Source of the DNA: Octopus vulgaris
Lineage: Eukaryota
Reading direction: 5' to 3'
Length of the DNA stretch: 64,000 bases
Assembly (NCBI GenBank): GCA_951406725.2
Contig: OX597825.1
Location: 72,354,001 to 72,418,000, forward strand
Shown here: positions 14,448 through 28,112 of the stretch, in pieces
Numbering within the stretch: the stretch's first letter is position 1
Layout of the letters: each line of letters starts with the position of its first letter
Translations under genes and position numbers: made by a program
Notes under the pieces: model-generated
Seen by the model: the letters and a program-made list of their open reading frames with translations, nothing else
What the model was told of the DNA's origin: nothing
Databases searched by the model: none

Positions 14448-15039
14448 TAGAACGTAAAAGCTTCATAATACTTTAATGGTTTAAAATTTTGGTTCAAGGC
14501 TAGGAATTTCAGACGAGAGTCTTAGTCGATTACTTTGACCCCGGTGCTCAACTGCTACTTATTTTATCGCCCTCAAAATGATGAAGAACAAAATGATGAC
14601 GAACAAAATGATGAAGAACAAGCCTTCATAATATTAAAGAAAGTTGATGAGAGTTAAATTAGTATTTACATTTATATATATTAATTTCTCATCTTCTAAT
14701 ATCAGAATTTAAACCTCGTTGAGCGGATGAGAAATATGTCTTAGCAAAAGATCAAATAAATTTATTCAATATTCTTTTCTAAAAAATGAAAGAAAATTTC
14801 AGTAAGACTCTTCACAAACAGCTTTAACAACCAGCTAGTTTTTATCCTCCATTTTCAATGAAGATTTGTTATAATTCGGTTATTCACACTAACTATTCAT
14901 ATAAATATACTTTCTAAATCTATTAACGTTATTGATAGAAATAAATTGTATTTTTCTTCCACATATTTAGCGACTGTTGGCAGCAAAATGAACATTACGT
15001 CTCACAAGAAGCTAACTATTTGACACGGCTGTGTAGTTA

Positions 15040-15440
15040 GACGCAGGTGGTGACAGTGGGGTTGAGAAAATCGCTTTGTAATCGCTTGGTTTGGGGTTCA
15101 GTCCCACTGCGACATCTTGGTCCAATGTCTACTATTATAGCCTCGGGCCGACCGGTGTTTTGTCAATGAATTTGGTAGGTGGAAAATGTGTGGAAACTCG
15201 TCGTATAAATATGTGTTGGTGAGTGTATGTGTGTGTGTGTGTGTGTGTTTGGTTGTCCCCCGGTGCGGGTGTGCCTACGTCCTCGTAAATTAGCGGTTTG
15301 GTAAATGAAACCGATAGCATAAATACCAGGCTTTAAAAACATATGTACTGGGGTCGATTTTTTCGACTAAATTTCTTTACGACAGTGCCCCAGCATGGCC
15401 GCAGTCTAACGACTGAGACAAGTAAAAGATAAAGAATAAA
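15040..15440 (+). mobile_element. Older group C SINE
   Basis: Degenerate head, internal TG repeat and tail 'cagcatggccgcagtc...gactgagacaagtaaaaga'. Confidence 0.65.
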
Positions 15441-15747
15441 AGAGGTGCGTGTTCACACAGTAAATGTGTGTAGGAGAGAAAAATGAATGGGTTAATAAAA
15501 AGAATAAAAGAGAAACTTGCTCAAAACTGATGAGTAGAGTTTCATATCACACAAATAGAAGCAACGAATTTATGATCTGAGGATGTTCTAGAATTTGTTC
15601 CACGAAATGATACTGTTTTACCAAATCCCGTTCATCAGACCCATCATGGAATGAAAGCCCATTAACTGCTCTGGAAGAAACCAGAAATCACAAATAACTC
15701 TGCTGCATTGATATTATCTGTTGTACAATAATTATTATTTCTAAATT

Positions 15748-15996
15748 AAGGCGGTGAGCTGGCAGAAACGTTAGCACGCCGGGCGAAATGCTTAGCGGTA
15801 TTTCGGTCTGCGTTACGTTGTGAGTTCAAATTCCGCCGAGGTCGACTTTGCCTTTCATCCTTTCGGGGTCGATAAATTAAGTACCAGTTACGCACTGGGG
15901 TCGATGTAATCGACTTAATACCTATGTCTGTCCTTGTTTGTCCCCTCTGTGTTTAGCCCCTTGTGGGTAATAAAGAAATAGGTATTTCGTCCGTCT
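15748..15996 (+). mobile_element. SINE group A monomer plus start of a second unit
   Basis: Near-consensus copy ending 'aagaaata|ggtatttcgtc'. Confidence 0.85.
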
Positions 15997-16280
15997 TTAT
16001 ATACTGATAAAATATCCCTCTTCCCCAAACCTACTGGCTTTGTACCATAATTTAAAACCAGTATAATTATTCCTAAGCGAGCTCATTTCCTTGTAAAAGT
16101 TATATGCTCCGATAAGCGAAGGTGAAACGAGGTTAATGTTTTTATTGGTTGAGCGTCGCAGCCAGGGAAAGAGTTGGTATTGAAGTTCTTTGACAAATCC
16201 AGTCTTTGTAACAATTTTGCTGTAGATTTTACAAATTTTCATAAAATTGTATTCATTCCAGGATAATATAAAGATTTTGG

Positions 16281-16585
16281 TGGAGGCGCAATGGCCCAGT
16301 GGTTAGGGCAGCAGACTCGCTGTCGGAGGATCGCGGTTTCGATTCCCAGACCGGGCGTTGTGTGTGTTTATAGAGCGAAAGCACCTAAAAGCCCCACGAG
16401 GCTCCGGCAGAGGGTGGTGGTGACCCCTGTTGTACTCTTTCGCCCCAGCTTTCTCTCGCTCTCTCTTCCTGTTTCTTGAGTAACGCTGCGATGGACTGGC
16501 GTCCCGTCCAGCTGGGGGGGAACACATACGCCACGGAAACCGGGAAACCAGGCCCATGAGCCTGGCTAGGCTTGAAAAGGGCGAC
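16281..16585 (+). mobile_element. SINE group B (head B1, tail T2)
   Basis: B1 head followed by 'gctgcgatggactggcgtcccgtccagc...gaaaccgggaaaccaggcccatgagcctggc'. Confidence 0.8.
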
Positions 16586-16703
16586 GTTTATGGTTTTTTA
16601 ATAAAGATTTTGAGGGATACATTTCTTCTGAGCGAGGTTTTGGGTATATGTATATACTATATGTATGTGTGCACGTATTTATATATGTACGTATGTGGCC
16701 TGA

Positions 16704-17024
16704 CCCTCTATCGGTTACGACGACGAGTGTTCCAATTGATACTATCAGCAAAACAGCTTACGCGTGAAATTAACGTGTAAGTGGCTGAGTACTCCACAGA
16801 TACTTTATTTCATGTTGCTCACCCAGCTAGCAAAAATGTGTTGTACATGTAATTAAAAGGCCCAGCTTTGTCACAATCTGTGTCATGCTAAATATCCCTA
16901 AGAACGACGTTAAGGATTCACGTGTCTTTGTAGTGCTCAGCCACTTGCACATTAATGTCACGAGCAAGCTGTTTCGTTGATCATTATCAACAGGAACGCT
17001 CGTCCTCATAACCGTCGGAGTGCC
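16704..17024. mobile_element. Head-to-head pair of 5'-truncated group B SINE tails
   Basis: Antisense T1 tail at 16704-16803 joined through 'agatac' to a sense B2-T1 fragment at 16798-17024. Confidence 0.65.
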
Positions 17025-17489
17025 GGCTTTTTTATATATTAAAACAATCTTCTTTGTCGATTAGTTATAAGAATATCCGTCACTGTTTATCATAAACTCT
17101 TATTTGTCTATTACATTTCATATATCAATGTAAATGAGCTGTCTTTGTTTATTTCTGTTTATAGCATATTTCATCTCAATATTTCAATTCCAATTTGTAG
17201 CAACTTAATCAATTCTGAGATACTTGAAGTAATTCAAGACAAATAAATTGTGCACGAATATTATCAAATTATGGGAGCAGATTCCGCTTAATTGTATAGG
17301 TTGAGTGATTGATATTCTTATGATTTTAATCAGCTTATGCGATTATCCGTATACTTATAGTAGGCAATCAAGTACGAGAAGTAAATTTGTCAGTCGTAAG
17401 GTATTTTGGGTACTTTACACATATATGGATTATATAATTGGTTCTAACTTAGGCACAAGCCCATCAGGTTTAAGGAGAGGAGATAAATA

Positions 17490-18424
17490 TTAGGTTGTCC
17501 GGAAAGTTCGTGCCAATTTATAGTAGCTTAGCTTTCGATTTATTTTAGAGCATGTTTCAGTCCATAAAATAGGATTTGACTACACCTCCATTTAGAGCAC
17601 GGTTTAAGCTATCTTTTCGTGGAGGAAGATTTATGTTCCTATAGCCTGTGTTAATTCTGTAACCCTTTAAAATGGAAGATAACAAAGTTCATTTTTGGCA
17701 CTTGATGCTTTTCTTTTTCTGTAAAGGAAAAAATGCCTCACAAGCAACCGAAGAGATATGCGCAGTTTACGATGATGTTTCTTTACCCGAAAGAACTGTA
17801 CGGAAGTGGTTCGCAAGGTCCCGAGCTGAAGACTGTAGCCTTATTGATAATGAGCGATCAGGCAGACCATCCACTACAGATGATGACCAAATCAAGTCAT
17901 TAATTGCGAATAGCCCACATTGCACAACCCGAGAATTAGCAGAAAGCCTCAACCTATCAAAATCCGTCGTTCATGAGCATACAACTGGATGAGTTAAAAG
18001 AAGCAATTCAAGAGAAACATCCAGAATTGGCCAACAGGAAGGGTGTTGTTTTCCAACATGATAATGCAAGACTGCACGTTTCTTTAGGAACCGGACAAAA
18101 ATTGCTGCAGCTCGGCTGGGATGTGTTACCCCACCCTCCATATTCACCAGATATTGCTCCTTCGGATTTCCACTTATTCAGGTCTCTGCAGAATAGTCTT
18201 AATGGTAAAAATTTCAATTCCTTGGATGACGTAAAAAGATACCTTGAATTCTTTTGCCATGAAACCACCTGAATTCTGGGAAGAGGGGTTTTTTCAAGTT
18301 AAAGGAAAGACAGAGACGCATTGTGCAACAAAATGGTTCATATTTGGTTGTAAATGTAATAGCAAGTATTTATTGACCTTTTTCTTTCCTTTAAAAATCG
18401 GCACGAACTTTCCGGACAACCCAA
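17490..18424 (+). mobile_element. Internally deleted mariner element (mellifera-subfamily-like) with both TIRs and TA TSD
   Basis: TA|ttaggttgtccggaaagttcgtgccaattt ... aaatcggcacgaactttccggacaacccaa|TA, 935 bp, inserted into an old group A SINE tail. Confidence 0.92.
17672..18353 (+). pseudogene. mariner transposase pseudogene (HTH region and C-terminal catalytic half; WVPHEL and first catalytic D deleted)
   Basis: MEDNKVHFWHLMLFFFCKGKNASQA...RSGRPS...TTRELAE, then after a deletion/frameshift NRKGVVFQHDNARLH...LGWDVLPHPPYSPDIAPSDFHLFRSLQN. Confidence 0.9.
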
Positions 18425-18906
18425 TAATCGATACCATCGATCCCAGTACTTGACTGTGAGCTATCGATCCAGAAAAGATGAAAAGCAAAGTTAATCCTGA
18501 TGGATTTTGAACTTACGATGTAATGACCAGGATCATATATTAAAAATAGATAAACATTATGAGCTATTATTTACCGCTAGATTTTCGCTCGACATATTTG
18601 ATATATAGATTATATATTTATATATTTCTCGACGCTTCTATGGTTGCGTTCTAAAAGTAAAATGGCAAGCTTTCTAGGAGGTAAGATGAAGGTATCTAAT
18701 TTTGATGAGTAAAATTGGAAAACTATTTTGGTGTACTTTGTTATAAACCGTATTTCCTGGCATAGAAGTCAACGTAGTATACAGTGTAAACATGTTGCAC
18801 AAGAAATCAAACACCGTCGCTATCTTTCCAAATCGCCCTGAATTTCGCATAGCATTTTTAGTCCTCCAAAGTCATCTTGGTGTTAGCGGATTGTAACTAT
18901 TGGTCT

Positions 18907-19150
18907 GTGGAGGCGCGTGGCTTAGTGGTTAGCGTGTCAGCTTCATGATCGTAAGATTGTAGTTTCGATTACTGGACCGGGCGACGCGTTGTGTCCTTGA
19001 GCAAAACACTTCATTTCACGTTGCTCCAGTCCACTCAGCTGACAAAAATGAGTAATGCTGCGATGGACTGGTGTTCCGTCCAGCTGGAGAACACATACGC
19101 TATAGAAACCGGGAAACCTGGCCCATGAGCCTGGCTAGGCTTTAAAAGGG
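18907..19150 (+). mobile_element. SINE group B (head B2 with CORE-like box, tail T2)
   Basis: 'tggaggcgcgtggcttagtggttag...ttgtgtccttgagcaaaacacttcatttcacgttgctccagtccactcagctg' followed by tail T2. Confidence 0.75.
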
Positions 19151-20478
19151 TGCATTTATTTTATATTTTTAAAATTTGGTCTAAAATCTTCGACCTGCAT
19201 TCCAGAAAATACTGTAGACATTGCGACAGTCTGTGTTGCACTACATTCATGGTTTTCCTGTCCTACCGCTTTATTTCTTTACAAGGTACTCTTAACTTTA
19301 TATGTTATGAGCTATCCTTTATAACTAAACTGACTTTCGAGATACATCGTTTATAGACGCCATAAGAACAAACCAGAAGATATAATCAGCCTTCTAATTT
19401 CTTGTGGCAGCCTTTTGCCTAAACATATTTGATTTTCGTTCAACACTGTTCAAACTACCGTTTGTTAGTGATATGTATCAATAACAGCGTGAGTGTCCTG
19501 AAATATTGTTTGCTTTTTTTCTTTCTGTGTTCAATTATTCTGTTGGGTAGTATATTTCCAGAGAAGCTTATTGATTACTACTATCAGATATGTGATGGGC
19601 GATACTTAGTTGGACCTACACTGTAAATATTGTTGTTGTTATGTTCATCGATTACAGCAGCAATACTTTGCTATTAGCACTATTATTATTGTCATCATCA
19701 TCATCATCATCATCATCATAATCTATCACTATCACCGCATCAGCTTCTAGCTTGGTCAGCCAATATAGTCTGTTGCTGTGTATTTTACTATTGTCCGCTT
19801 GGTTGAATATTTGGTTGATTCGTTTCTGTTTGCTTGTTTGTTTCTTGTTTGTTTTTTTCTTCTTTTTATTGCTTTTACTTTGATCAGCAAATTCACCGTT
19901 CTGTTTTATGCAGTCAGTATCTGTGTATATATTTGTTCCCCCCCCCCCCCCAATATCCAGACGTTGACCGCCTGTGTGACACTAATGCAATTATCTTCCC
20001 CTATTTTAAACTGACTTCTGACAACTTCCAAATACATTTCTTTCACACATCCTGTTTCCCGTGTCTCCTTAATTTCATAATTATTTGGTTAATTTTACAC
20101 ACAACATTTTTAATATCCTTTTTACCAGCGTATCTTAAGAAAACAGGCGGCTATCTGTAATTCAGTTGATTTACTGTTATGACTGCTTCGAGTAGAGAAT
20201 CCCTCTATAAAAACATATAAATACGGATTTTAATGGATTTATGGATCCTTTTAAGTCGATGCTACGTTACACATGTCCAACCAACTGGCAGAACCTTTAC
20301 GTTCCAAGTTCAAGTCCGAATGAGATTGATGATTTGGAGTGGAACGATTGGAAGGGGATATTATTTCAGGATTTAGCAGGATGGGACACAAGTCAGTGAC
20401 GAGAAATGGAGTGCTAAGATCGATGGAATTAATATCCTGCTAGCTACTTAAGAGGGGTAGAGGTTGATGTAGCAGTGA

Positions 20479-21310
<832 letters not shown>

Positions 21311-21731
21311 TTCAAGTTGAATAACTTCCTGTTGGAGGCCATCTTGGATGTTTGTGTTCAGAAGCTTCAATATCTCAGTCGTTGAAGCCTTATTTCATTG
21401 TGTGTCTTAATTATGAGTTTAAAACGATTGGTAGATGATCAGTATTAAACTATTCTCGGTAACACTTCAGCAAGCGGTTTAACTCTACTTGAAGAATTCT
21501 ATACTGCAGAATGATATAACCAGGCTGAATTATGTTGAATAACAATCTATTATCACTGGCCTAAATGCAGCGAGCTGGCAGAATCGTGAGCACGCCGGGC
21601 AAAATGTTTAGCGTACGTCTTTTCGTTTTGAGTTCAAATTCCGCCGATGCTGACTTTGTCTTTCATCTTTTCAAAATTTGAAAATACTCGTATTATTAAT
21701 GACCTACATTTAACAATACACAGCAAGAGTG

Positions 21732-22050
21732 TGAAGGCGCGTGGCTTAGTGGTTAGGGCATTCGGCTCAAGATTGTAAGGTCGTGAGTTCAATTCTCGAC
21801 GACGCGTTGTGTCCTTGAGCAAGACACTTTATTTCACGTTGCTCCAGTCCACTCAGCTGGCAAAAATGAGTTGTACCTGTACTTCAAAGGGCCGGCCTTG
21901 TCACATTCTGTATCATGCTGAATCTCCCTGAGAACTACGTTAGGGGTACATGTGTCTGTGGATTGCTCAGTCACTTACACGTTAATTTCACGAGCAAGCT
22001 GTTCTGTCGATCGCATCAGCTGGGACCCTCGTCGTCGTAACCGACGGAGT
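21732..22050 (+). mobile_element. SINE group B (head B2, tail T1)
   Basis: B2 head with 'ttgtgtccttgagcaagacactttatttcacg' joined to tail T1. Confidence 0.78.
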
Positions 22051-22526
22051 GTTCCTATATCTCCTATACAAAGCAAGATCATCAAAATCCTCAAAGTTCT
22101 CAAAAAACGCTATAGAGTTTTTAAACGGCCATCATTATGATGGAATTCTCTCATTTAACCCAAGTGATACAAACAGTTTACATTTAAATCCTTTAGCACT
22201 TCATATACTATTTAAGAACTACAAAACAAACCTGCTGCATCTATTCTCAATGCTTTCCAGCAGATGTCATCAAAGTGTGAATGAAAAAGCAGACTATTAT
22301 CGCCTGTCATTTTCTTTTAAAAACTTGTTTTGGCATCCAACCGCAATAGTTCAACAACCTGCATGGATGCTGTTGTTACTGTATCCTATGATGTTCAGCT
22401 AATAAATTCATAGCATGAAAGGTCACTAAACCATCTAAAATCTCAGCTGACGATTCGGGTCGTTCCGCAGCATAGGCTACGGATACTACGGTAGCCCAAA
22501 CACTAAAGTAGCACCGTATCATATAC

Positions 22527-22741
22527 TCTCTCTCTCTCTTCTCTTTTACTTGCTTCAGTCATTTGACTGCAGCCATGCTGGAGCACCGCCTTTAGTCGAG
22601 CAAATCGACCCCGGGACTTATTCTTTGTAAGCCCAGTACTTATTCTATCGGTCTCTTTTGCCGAACCGTTAAGTGACGGGGACGTAAACACACCAGCATC
22701 GGTTGTCAAGCAATGCTAGGGGGACAAATACAGACACACAA

Positions 22742-22780
<39 letters not shown>

Positions 22781-23226
22781 AGCAGCATAGCCCGGCGTTG
22801 CCCGGGTATGTAAGAGCCCCTAGTAGGCAACGACTAATCCCAATCTAGTCCTTTCCCTCTAGGGAACGAAGGCGTATGTGTAGGTTGCAATGTCTTCTCT
22901 TCACTCGAATACTTCTGTGTATACGATGTTCCTAGCTGTCCCTTTGGGCGAAAACATGAAAACATCATTGCGCCTCCCAACGCGTGAACAGCCCACGTAC
23001 AGCCCAGAAAATGTGTTGCATATAAAAAGCTTAGATTCTCGACCCCATGTCGAATTTATCGATTTTTTTCAGAACTGGGGGAACTTTTCAAAATTTTCGC
23101 TGCGTTAGTTTTGAATTATGACATTGGGCTATGTGTGTATCAAGTTTCATCAGAATCGGTTGAAAGCCGTGGTCAGGGTGAGGGTACAACCTGACAGACA
23201 CACAGACAGACAGACAAACTGCCGTT

Positions 23227-23262
<36 letters not shown>

Positions 23263-23461
23263 CGCGCGCGCGCGTGTGTGTGTGTGTGTGTGTGTATACG
23301 ACAGGCTTATTTCAGTTTCCGTCTACCAAATTCACTCACAAGGCATTGGTTGGCCCGGGGCTATAGCAGAAGACTCATGCGCAAGATGCCACGCAGTGGG
23401 ACTGAACCCGGAACCATGTGGCTGGTTAGCAAGCTACTTACCACACAGCCACTCCTGCGCC
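22527..23461 (-). mobile_element. SINE group C interrupted by a Helitron in its internal (TA)n
   Basis: Tail at 22527-22750 and head at ~23295-23461 match the 14005 copy. Confidence 0.8.
22779..23235 (-). mobile_element. Non-autonomous Helitron
   Basis: Minus-strand 3' end: hairpin cccgggcaacgccggg then ...gCTAG|T. The 5' ~200 bp are shared with 43609-43820. Confidence 0.75.
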
Positions 23462-24015
23462 ATATGAGACGGAAGAGTAAAACATGTACCCAGAATGCAG
23501 GCTTTGGTAAGTTATATGAGATCACTAGGAAAAGTCCTCATAGATACTATGCAGTGACGTGGAAGACGTGATATGCGTATTGTCAAAGACTAGAGAATTA
23601 CGGCTAAAATATTACGCTGCTGCGTACGAGCATTTTGCCATCGTGCTGGAGATATAGAGAAAACTGTCCAAGTATCATTAGGGATTGTTTCCCAGGTCCT
23701 GACAACCATCAATATTTTCTGCGTTAGAGATCTTGGTTTTATGTGCAAAGATGTTTATGTGCAGAAGGTGAAGGCACAATTGTGGGTGAGTGTGAAGAAG
23801 TCTGCTTCCAAAACCACAAGGTTTCGGGTTCAATGCCATTGCGTACCATCTTGGGAAGATGTCTTCTGCAATAGCCCCGGACCGACCAAAGCCCTGTGAG
23901 TGGATTTGTCGATTAGGTATGTATATATATATATGTATGTGTATATATGTGTATATATACATACATGTATATATATGTATGTATACCTATATATGTATGT
24001 GTATATATATACATG

Positions 24016-24099
<84 letters not shown>

Positions 24100-24388
24100 T
24101 GTGTATGTGTGTGTGTATGTATGTATAAAAATAAATATAAAAATACAAAATGGGACAAGAACGCAAAACATTCAAATAAACGACACAAAAAAACAGACGG
24201 GTCATTCGAAGCCTCTAATCTTCAGTCAAGAGCCGGATCATCCTCGCAATTTCGGCTGATTAATCTTGAGATCGCTCCGATCCGGCCAGCCCCAAGGAAA
24301 AACTAAGCTACGAGCATTAGATTTCTTGGAAAAAGGATCGAATGTATACGAAACAAGGACAGAAAAACGGACGATGCCACATGAATAT

Positions 24389-24466
<78 letters not shown>

Positions 24467-24729
24467 TGTGTGTGTATTTGTGTTTCCTCAACCCTCACCG
24501 TTTAACAAATGGTGTGTCTTTCATTACGTACGAGTAACAAACCCGTTTTATTTCCAATGCTTAGGTAAACTTATAGTAAACTTAGGTAAATTTAAGGAAA
24601 AAGAAATTTACATGAGATGCTGTGCAATGGGATCGAACGTGGGAACTTTTTGATTGCGAAGAGCTTGTTTACACGTTCAGCCAACTTACGTTCGCAAAAA
24701 GGCAGAGACTCATATTTGTCTGTTTGTCT

Positions 24730-25730
24730 GCGTGTGTTTGTGCGTGTGTGTGTGTGTGTGTGTGTGTGCGTGGTTGGGAAAATGAGGGAGGGACTGGGTG
24801 TGTCTCTATACATGTGTATATGTATGTATCTGTGTGTGCGCGTGCTCGTGCATAATTACGAGTTCGTGTATGTGTGTCGAGATGCCTGTGTGTGTGTGTG
24901 TGTGTGTGCTCGCGTGCATGTGCCTTTGTGCGTACGCGCGGACATGCATGAGTGCGTGTATGTGCATGTCTGTATATGGGGTCCTGTGTGCGTGTGTTTA
25001 CTTGTGTGTATGCGGGACTAAGACTGTGTGTGCACCCCTACGTATGTGCGAGTGTGTGCGTTTGTGAGATTCTTTATGTGTTTGTGTGTGTATGTGTCTT
25101 TTTATGCATGTGTGTGTGTTTGTGTGCATGTTTGTGAGTATGTGTGTGTTGTAATGTGTGTATGTGTACTTGTAAGTGTGTGTGTTTATTTGTGCATGTG
25201 TGTGTATTTGTGTATGTGTGTATGTGTATTTGCGTATGTGCGTTTGTATATTTGTGTATGTGTGTATGTGTATTTGTGTATGTGTGTATGTGTATTTGCG
25301 TATGTGCGTGTGTGTATTTGTGTATGTGCGTATATGTATTTGTATATGTGCGTTTGTATATTTGTGTATGTGTGTATGTGTATTTGTGTATGTGCGTGTC
25401 TGTATTTGTGTATGTGCGTGTGTGTATTTCTGTATGTGCATGTGTATTTGTGTATGTGCGTTTGTGTATTTCTGTATGTGTATGTGTATTTGTGTATGTG
25501 CGTTTGTGTATTTCTGTATGTGTGTATGTGTATTTATGTATGTGTGTATGTGTATTTGTATATGTGCGTGTGTGTATCTGTGTATCTGTGTATGTGCGTG
25601 TGTGTATTTCTGTATGTGTGTATGTGTATTTATGTATGTGTGTATGTGTATTTGTATATGTGCGTGTGTGTATCTGTGTATCTGTGTATGTGTGTATGTG
25701 TATTACTGTGTATGCGTGCATGCGTGAGAC
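24730..25730. repeat. Complex TG-rich micro/minisatellite
   Basis: About 1 kb of (TG)n with recurring 'gtgtatttgtgtatgtgcgt'-type variants. Confidence 0.9.
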
Positions 25731-26022
25731 AGTAGCTGTTTAAGACGTGTTTCTTCATCGGTGAAGTAAAATTGATTCAAATACGCGGTGACACAAATTG
25801 CTATATCAATGTAACGTTAACAAAAACATGAATATTTAACAAGAAATATGAATATCAATTTACAGTTTACAACCCACTGTTTCTCCGCTAATTCTTTGTC
25901 TATAGATTTATTTCCGTTTTGTTTTTTAAGCCATAATATCTATTTTCACTGAAGACGTGTACTGTTTTAAAGACAATAAAACTGAACGTAGAAAGAACAA
26001 GTCAAGTATTCATGCAAACACT

Positions 26023-26111
<89 letters not shown>

Positions 26112-26121
26112 ATACTCACAC

Positions 26122-26166
<45 letters not shown>

Positions 26167-26168
<2 letters not shown>

Positions 26169-26439
26169 ATGGGATAACACATCTCAGCCGAGCTGCAGAA
26201 ATTTTTGTCTGGTTCCCAAAGCCTCAAGTGCTGAAAATGAACTTTCTTATCTTCCATTTTAAAGGGTTACAGAATTAACACAGGTTATAGGAACATAAAC
26301 CTTCTTCCACGTAAAGATAGCTTAAACTGTGCTCTAAATGGAGGTGTAGCCAAATCCTATTTTATGGACTCAACCATGTTCTAAAATAAGTCGAAATCTA
26401 AGCTACTATAAATGGGCACAAACTTTCCAGACAACCCAA
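26167..26439 (-). mobile_element. mariner 5' half with left TIR (internally deleted)
   Basis: Reverse complement matches the 17490 TIR, 5' UTR and MEDKKVHF, then jumps to the LGT.QKLLQLG.DVL.H region and ends in (TA)n. Confidence 0.88.
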
Positions 26440-26899
26440 TACATATTATAATATAAATTTTATATAAATGTGCTGTGTAGTTGCTACATATAATAAGGTG
26501 AGTGACTTGGGGAGGCCAGCTGGCTCACATGTAATTTCCCATTATTTTATAACCATATTTAGTTTTTTGCATTCCCTTGATAGCAGCACGTAGAATTAAG
26601 TCATAAAAATACCAAAATAAATTAATGGAAATAAAGGTTTAAAAAGTAGACCAAAATTGATCAATGGAAATAATACATCAAAATTATAGAATACAAGTTA
26701 GAAACACCCTCTATTCAGTTATTTCTTTGGCATAGACATGTCTTGCTTTTTATCAAGATAGATTAATACCCTAATATAATAATGTTGCCAAAATATAAAC
26801 AAAAACATCTCAACTCTTTTAGTCTGCAAGCGTTTTTCTTCAAAACAGTGTAGCCAATATACATACATACATACATACATACATACATACATACATACA

Positions 26900-26949
<50 letters not shown>

Positions 26950-27095
26950 GGGAGAGTTTACGAAAAAAAAACAAAAGACGAAGACAGGTGGTGTACAAAA
27001 CAAACCGATAGAAAAAGTCTTTTACGTTTCGAGCCTACGCTCTTGTACAGAAAGGGACACAGAAAAAACAAGGAGAGAAAAAAAGGAGAGAAAAA
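26950..27095 (-). mobile_element. Short (TA)n-embedded repeat, family E, with hammerhead-like motif
   Basis: Minus strand cttt-CTGTACAA-gagc gtag gctc-GAAA-cg-TA-aaag (27019-27054). Homologous copies at ~45775, ~48090 and ~61420. Confidence 0.55.
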
Positions 27096-27346
27096 ATATA
27101 CATATATATCATAAATATATACTCATGAAGATTAATCGAATCTGAAATCAGCGCTGATAAGACGCCATCTCGCTTGTAGATGTGGAGCTTGTCTCTTCTT
27201 GTCAGTCGTTACAAAGGTGCTCCCAAGTGGCTAAGAGTTATTTTGACTCTTATCTCTAGCAATGGTGGAGCTCACTTGCACCATCCATCACTTTTGTGAC
27301 GACTATACTTGTTGCCTTTCGGTTGTAAATTGCGAATAGCCACCGT

Positions 27347-27423
<77 letters not shown>

Positions 27424-27431
27424 TATATATA

Positions 27432-28112
27432 ACAATAATAAATCTCTGAACGAGATATAAACAGTAACTGCTCTATAACGTAAGGGGGATCAGCCATCTG
27501 AATGTGGCTAGGGACAGGGCGGGGTGGTGAGGGTGTTACTGATGCTTTTAGCCCCAGGCGATCATCAACGTCACCAGAAGGACCGACACCATATCGGTGT
27601 CCTTGTTAGCCTGTAAAGGGAGATCATCCTCCCTCGAAGATACGAATACTACATACGGACCGGTTTCGAGGTCATTGCCTCTTATCAACGTATGGTAAGC
27701 ACCGCCCTGTCCCTAGCCACATTCAGATGGCTGATCCCCCTTACGTTATAGAGCAGTTACTGTTTATATCTCGTTCAGAGATTTATTATTGTTTTCGGAC
27801 GGTTTTTCTACATTAGTGACGGTGGTTACTGTGAAAAACCTTATATATGTAGCCTGTAGAGGGAATCCTTCATCGAGGAACGGTGCTTACCATACGTTGA
27901 TAAGAGGCAATGACCTCGAAACCGGTCCGTATGTAGTATTCGTATCTTCGAGGGAGGATGATCTCCCTTTACAGGCTAACAAGGACACCGATATGGTGTC
28001 AGTCCTTCTGGTGATGTTGATGATCGCCTGGGGCTAAAAGCATCAGTAACACCCCCACCACCCCGCCCTGTCCCTAGCCACATTCAGATGGCTGATCCCC
28101 CTTACGTTATAT
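27432..28112. mobile_element. Hammerhead-containing element: inverted arm plus 1.1 tandem monomers (361-bp unit) in (TA)n
   Basis: 27432-27704 is the reverse complement of the monomer, read across its tandem junction. 'ccgccctgtccctagccacattcagatggctgatcccccttacgttata' is repeated 361 bp apart. Flanked by TA tracts. Confidence 0.85.
27891..27933 (+). ncRNA. Type-I hammerhead ribozyme motif (U3-A8 variant); inverted copy at 27652-27694
   Basis: catacg-TTGATAA-gagg caatga cctc-GAAA-ccgg-TC-cgtatg: 6-bp stem I, 4-bp stem II, palindromic stem III (accggt) and GUC cleavage triplet. Confidence 0.8.

Noticed and set aside
16281-16355. tRNA-like sequences here and at 1254, 20928, 21732, 30473 and ~28140-28215
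   Set aside because: Most continue into SINE bodies and none shows a proper acceptor stem. They are SINE heads, not tRNA genes.
24130-24390. Microsatellite-bounded unique insert with a minus-strand ctgaaga box
   Set aside because: Could not assemble stems I-III with GAAA and a cleavage triplet, so no hammerhead call.
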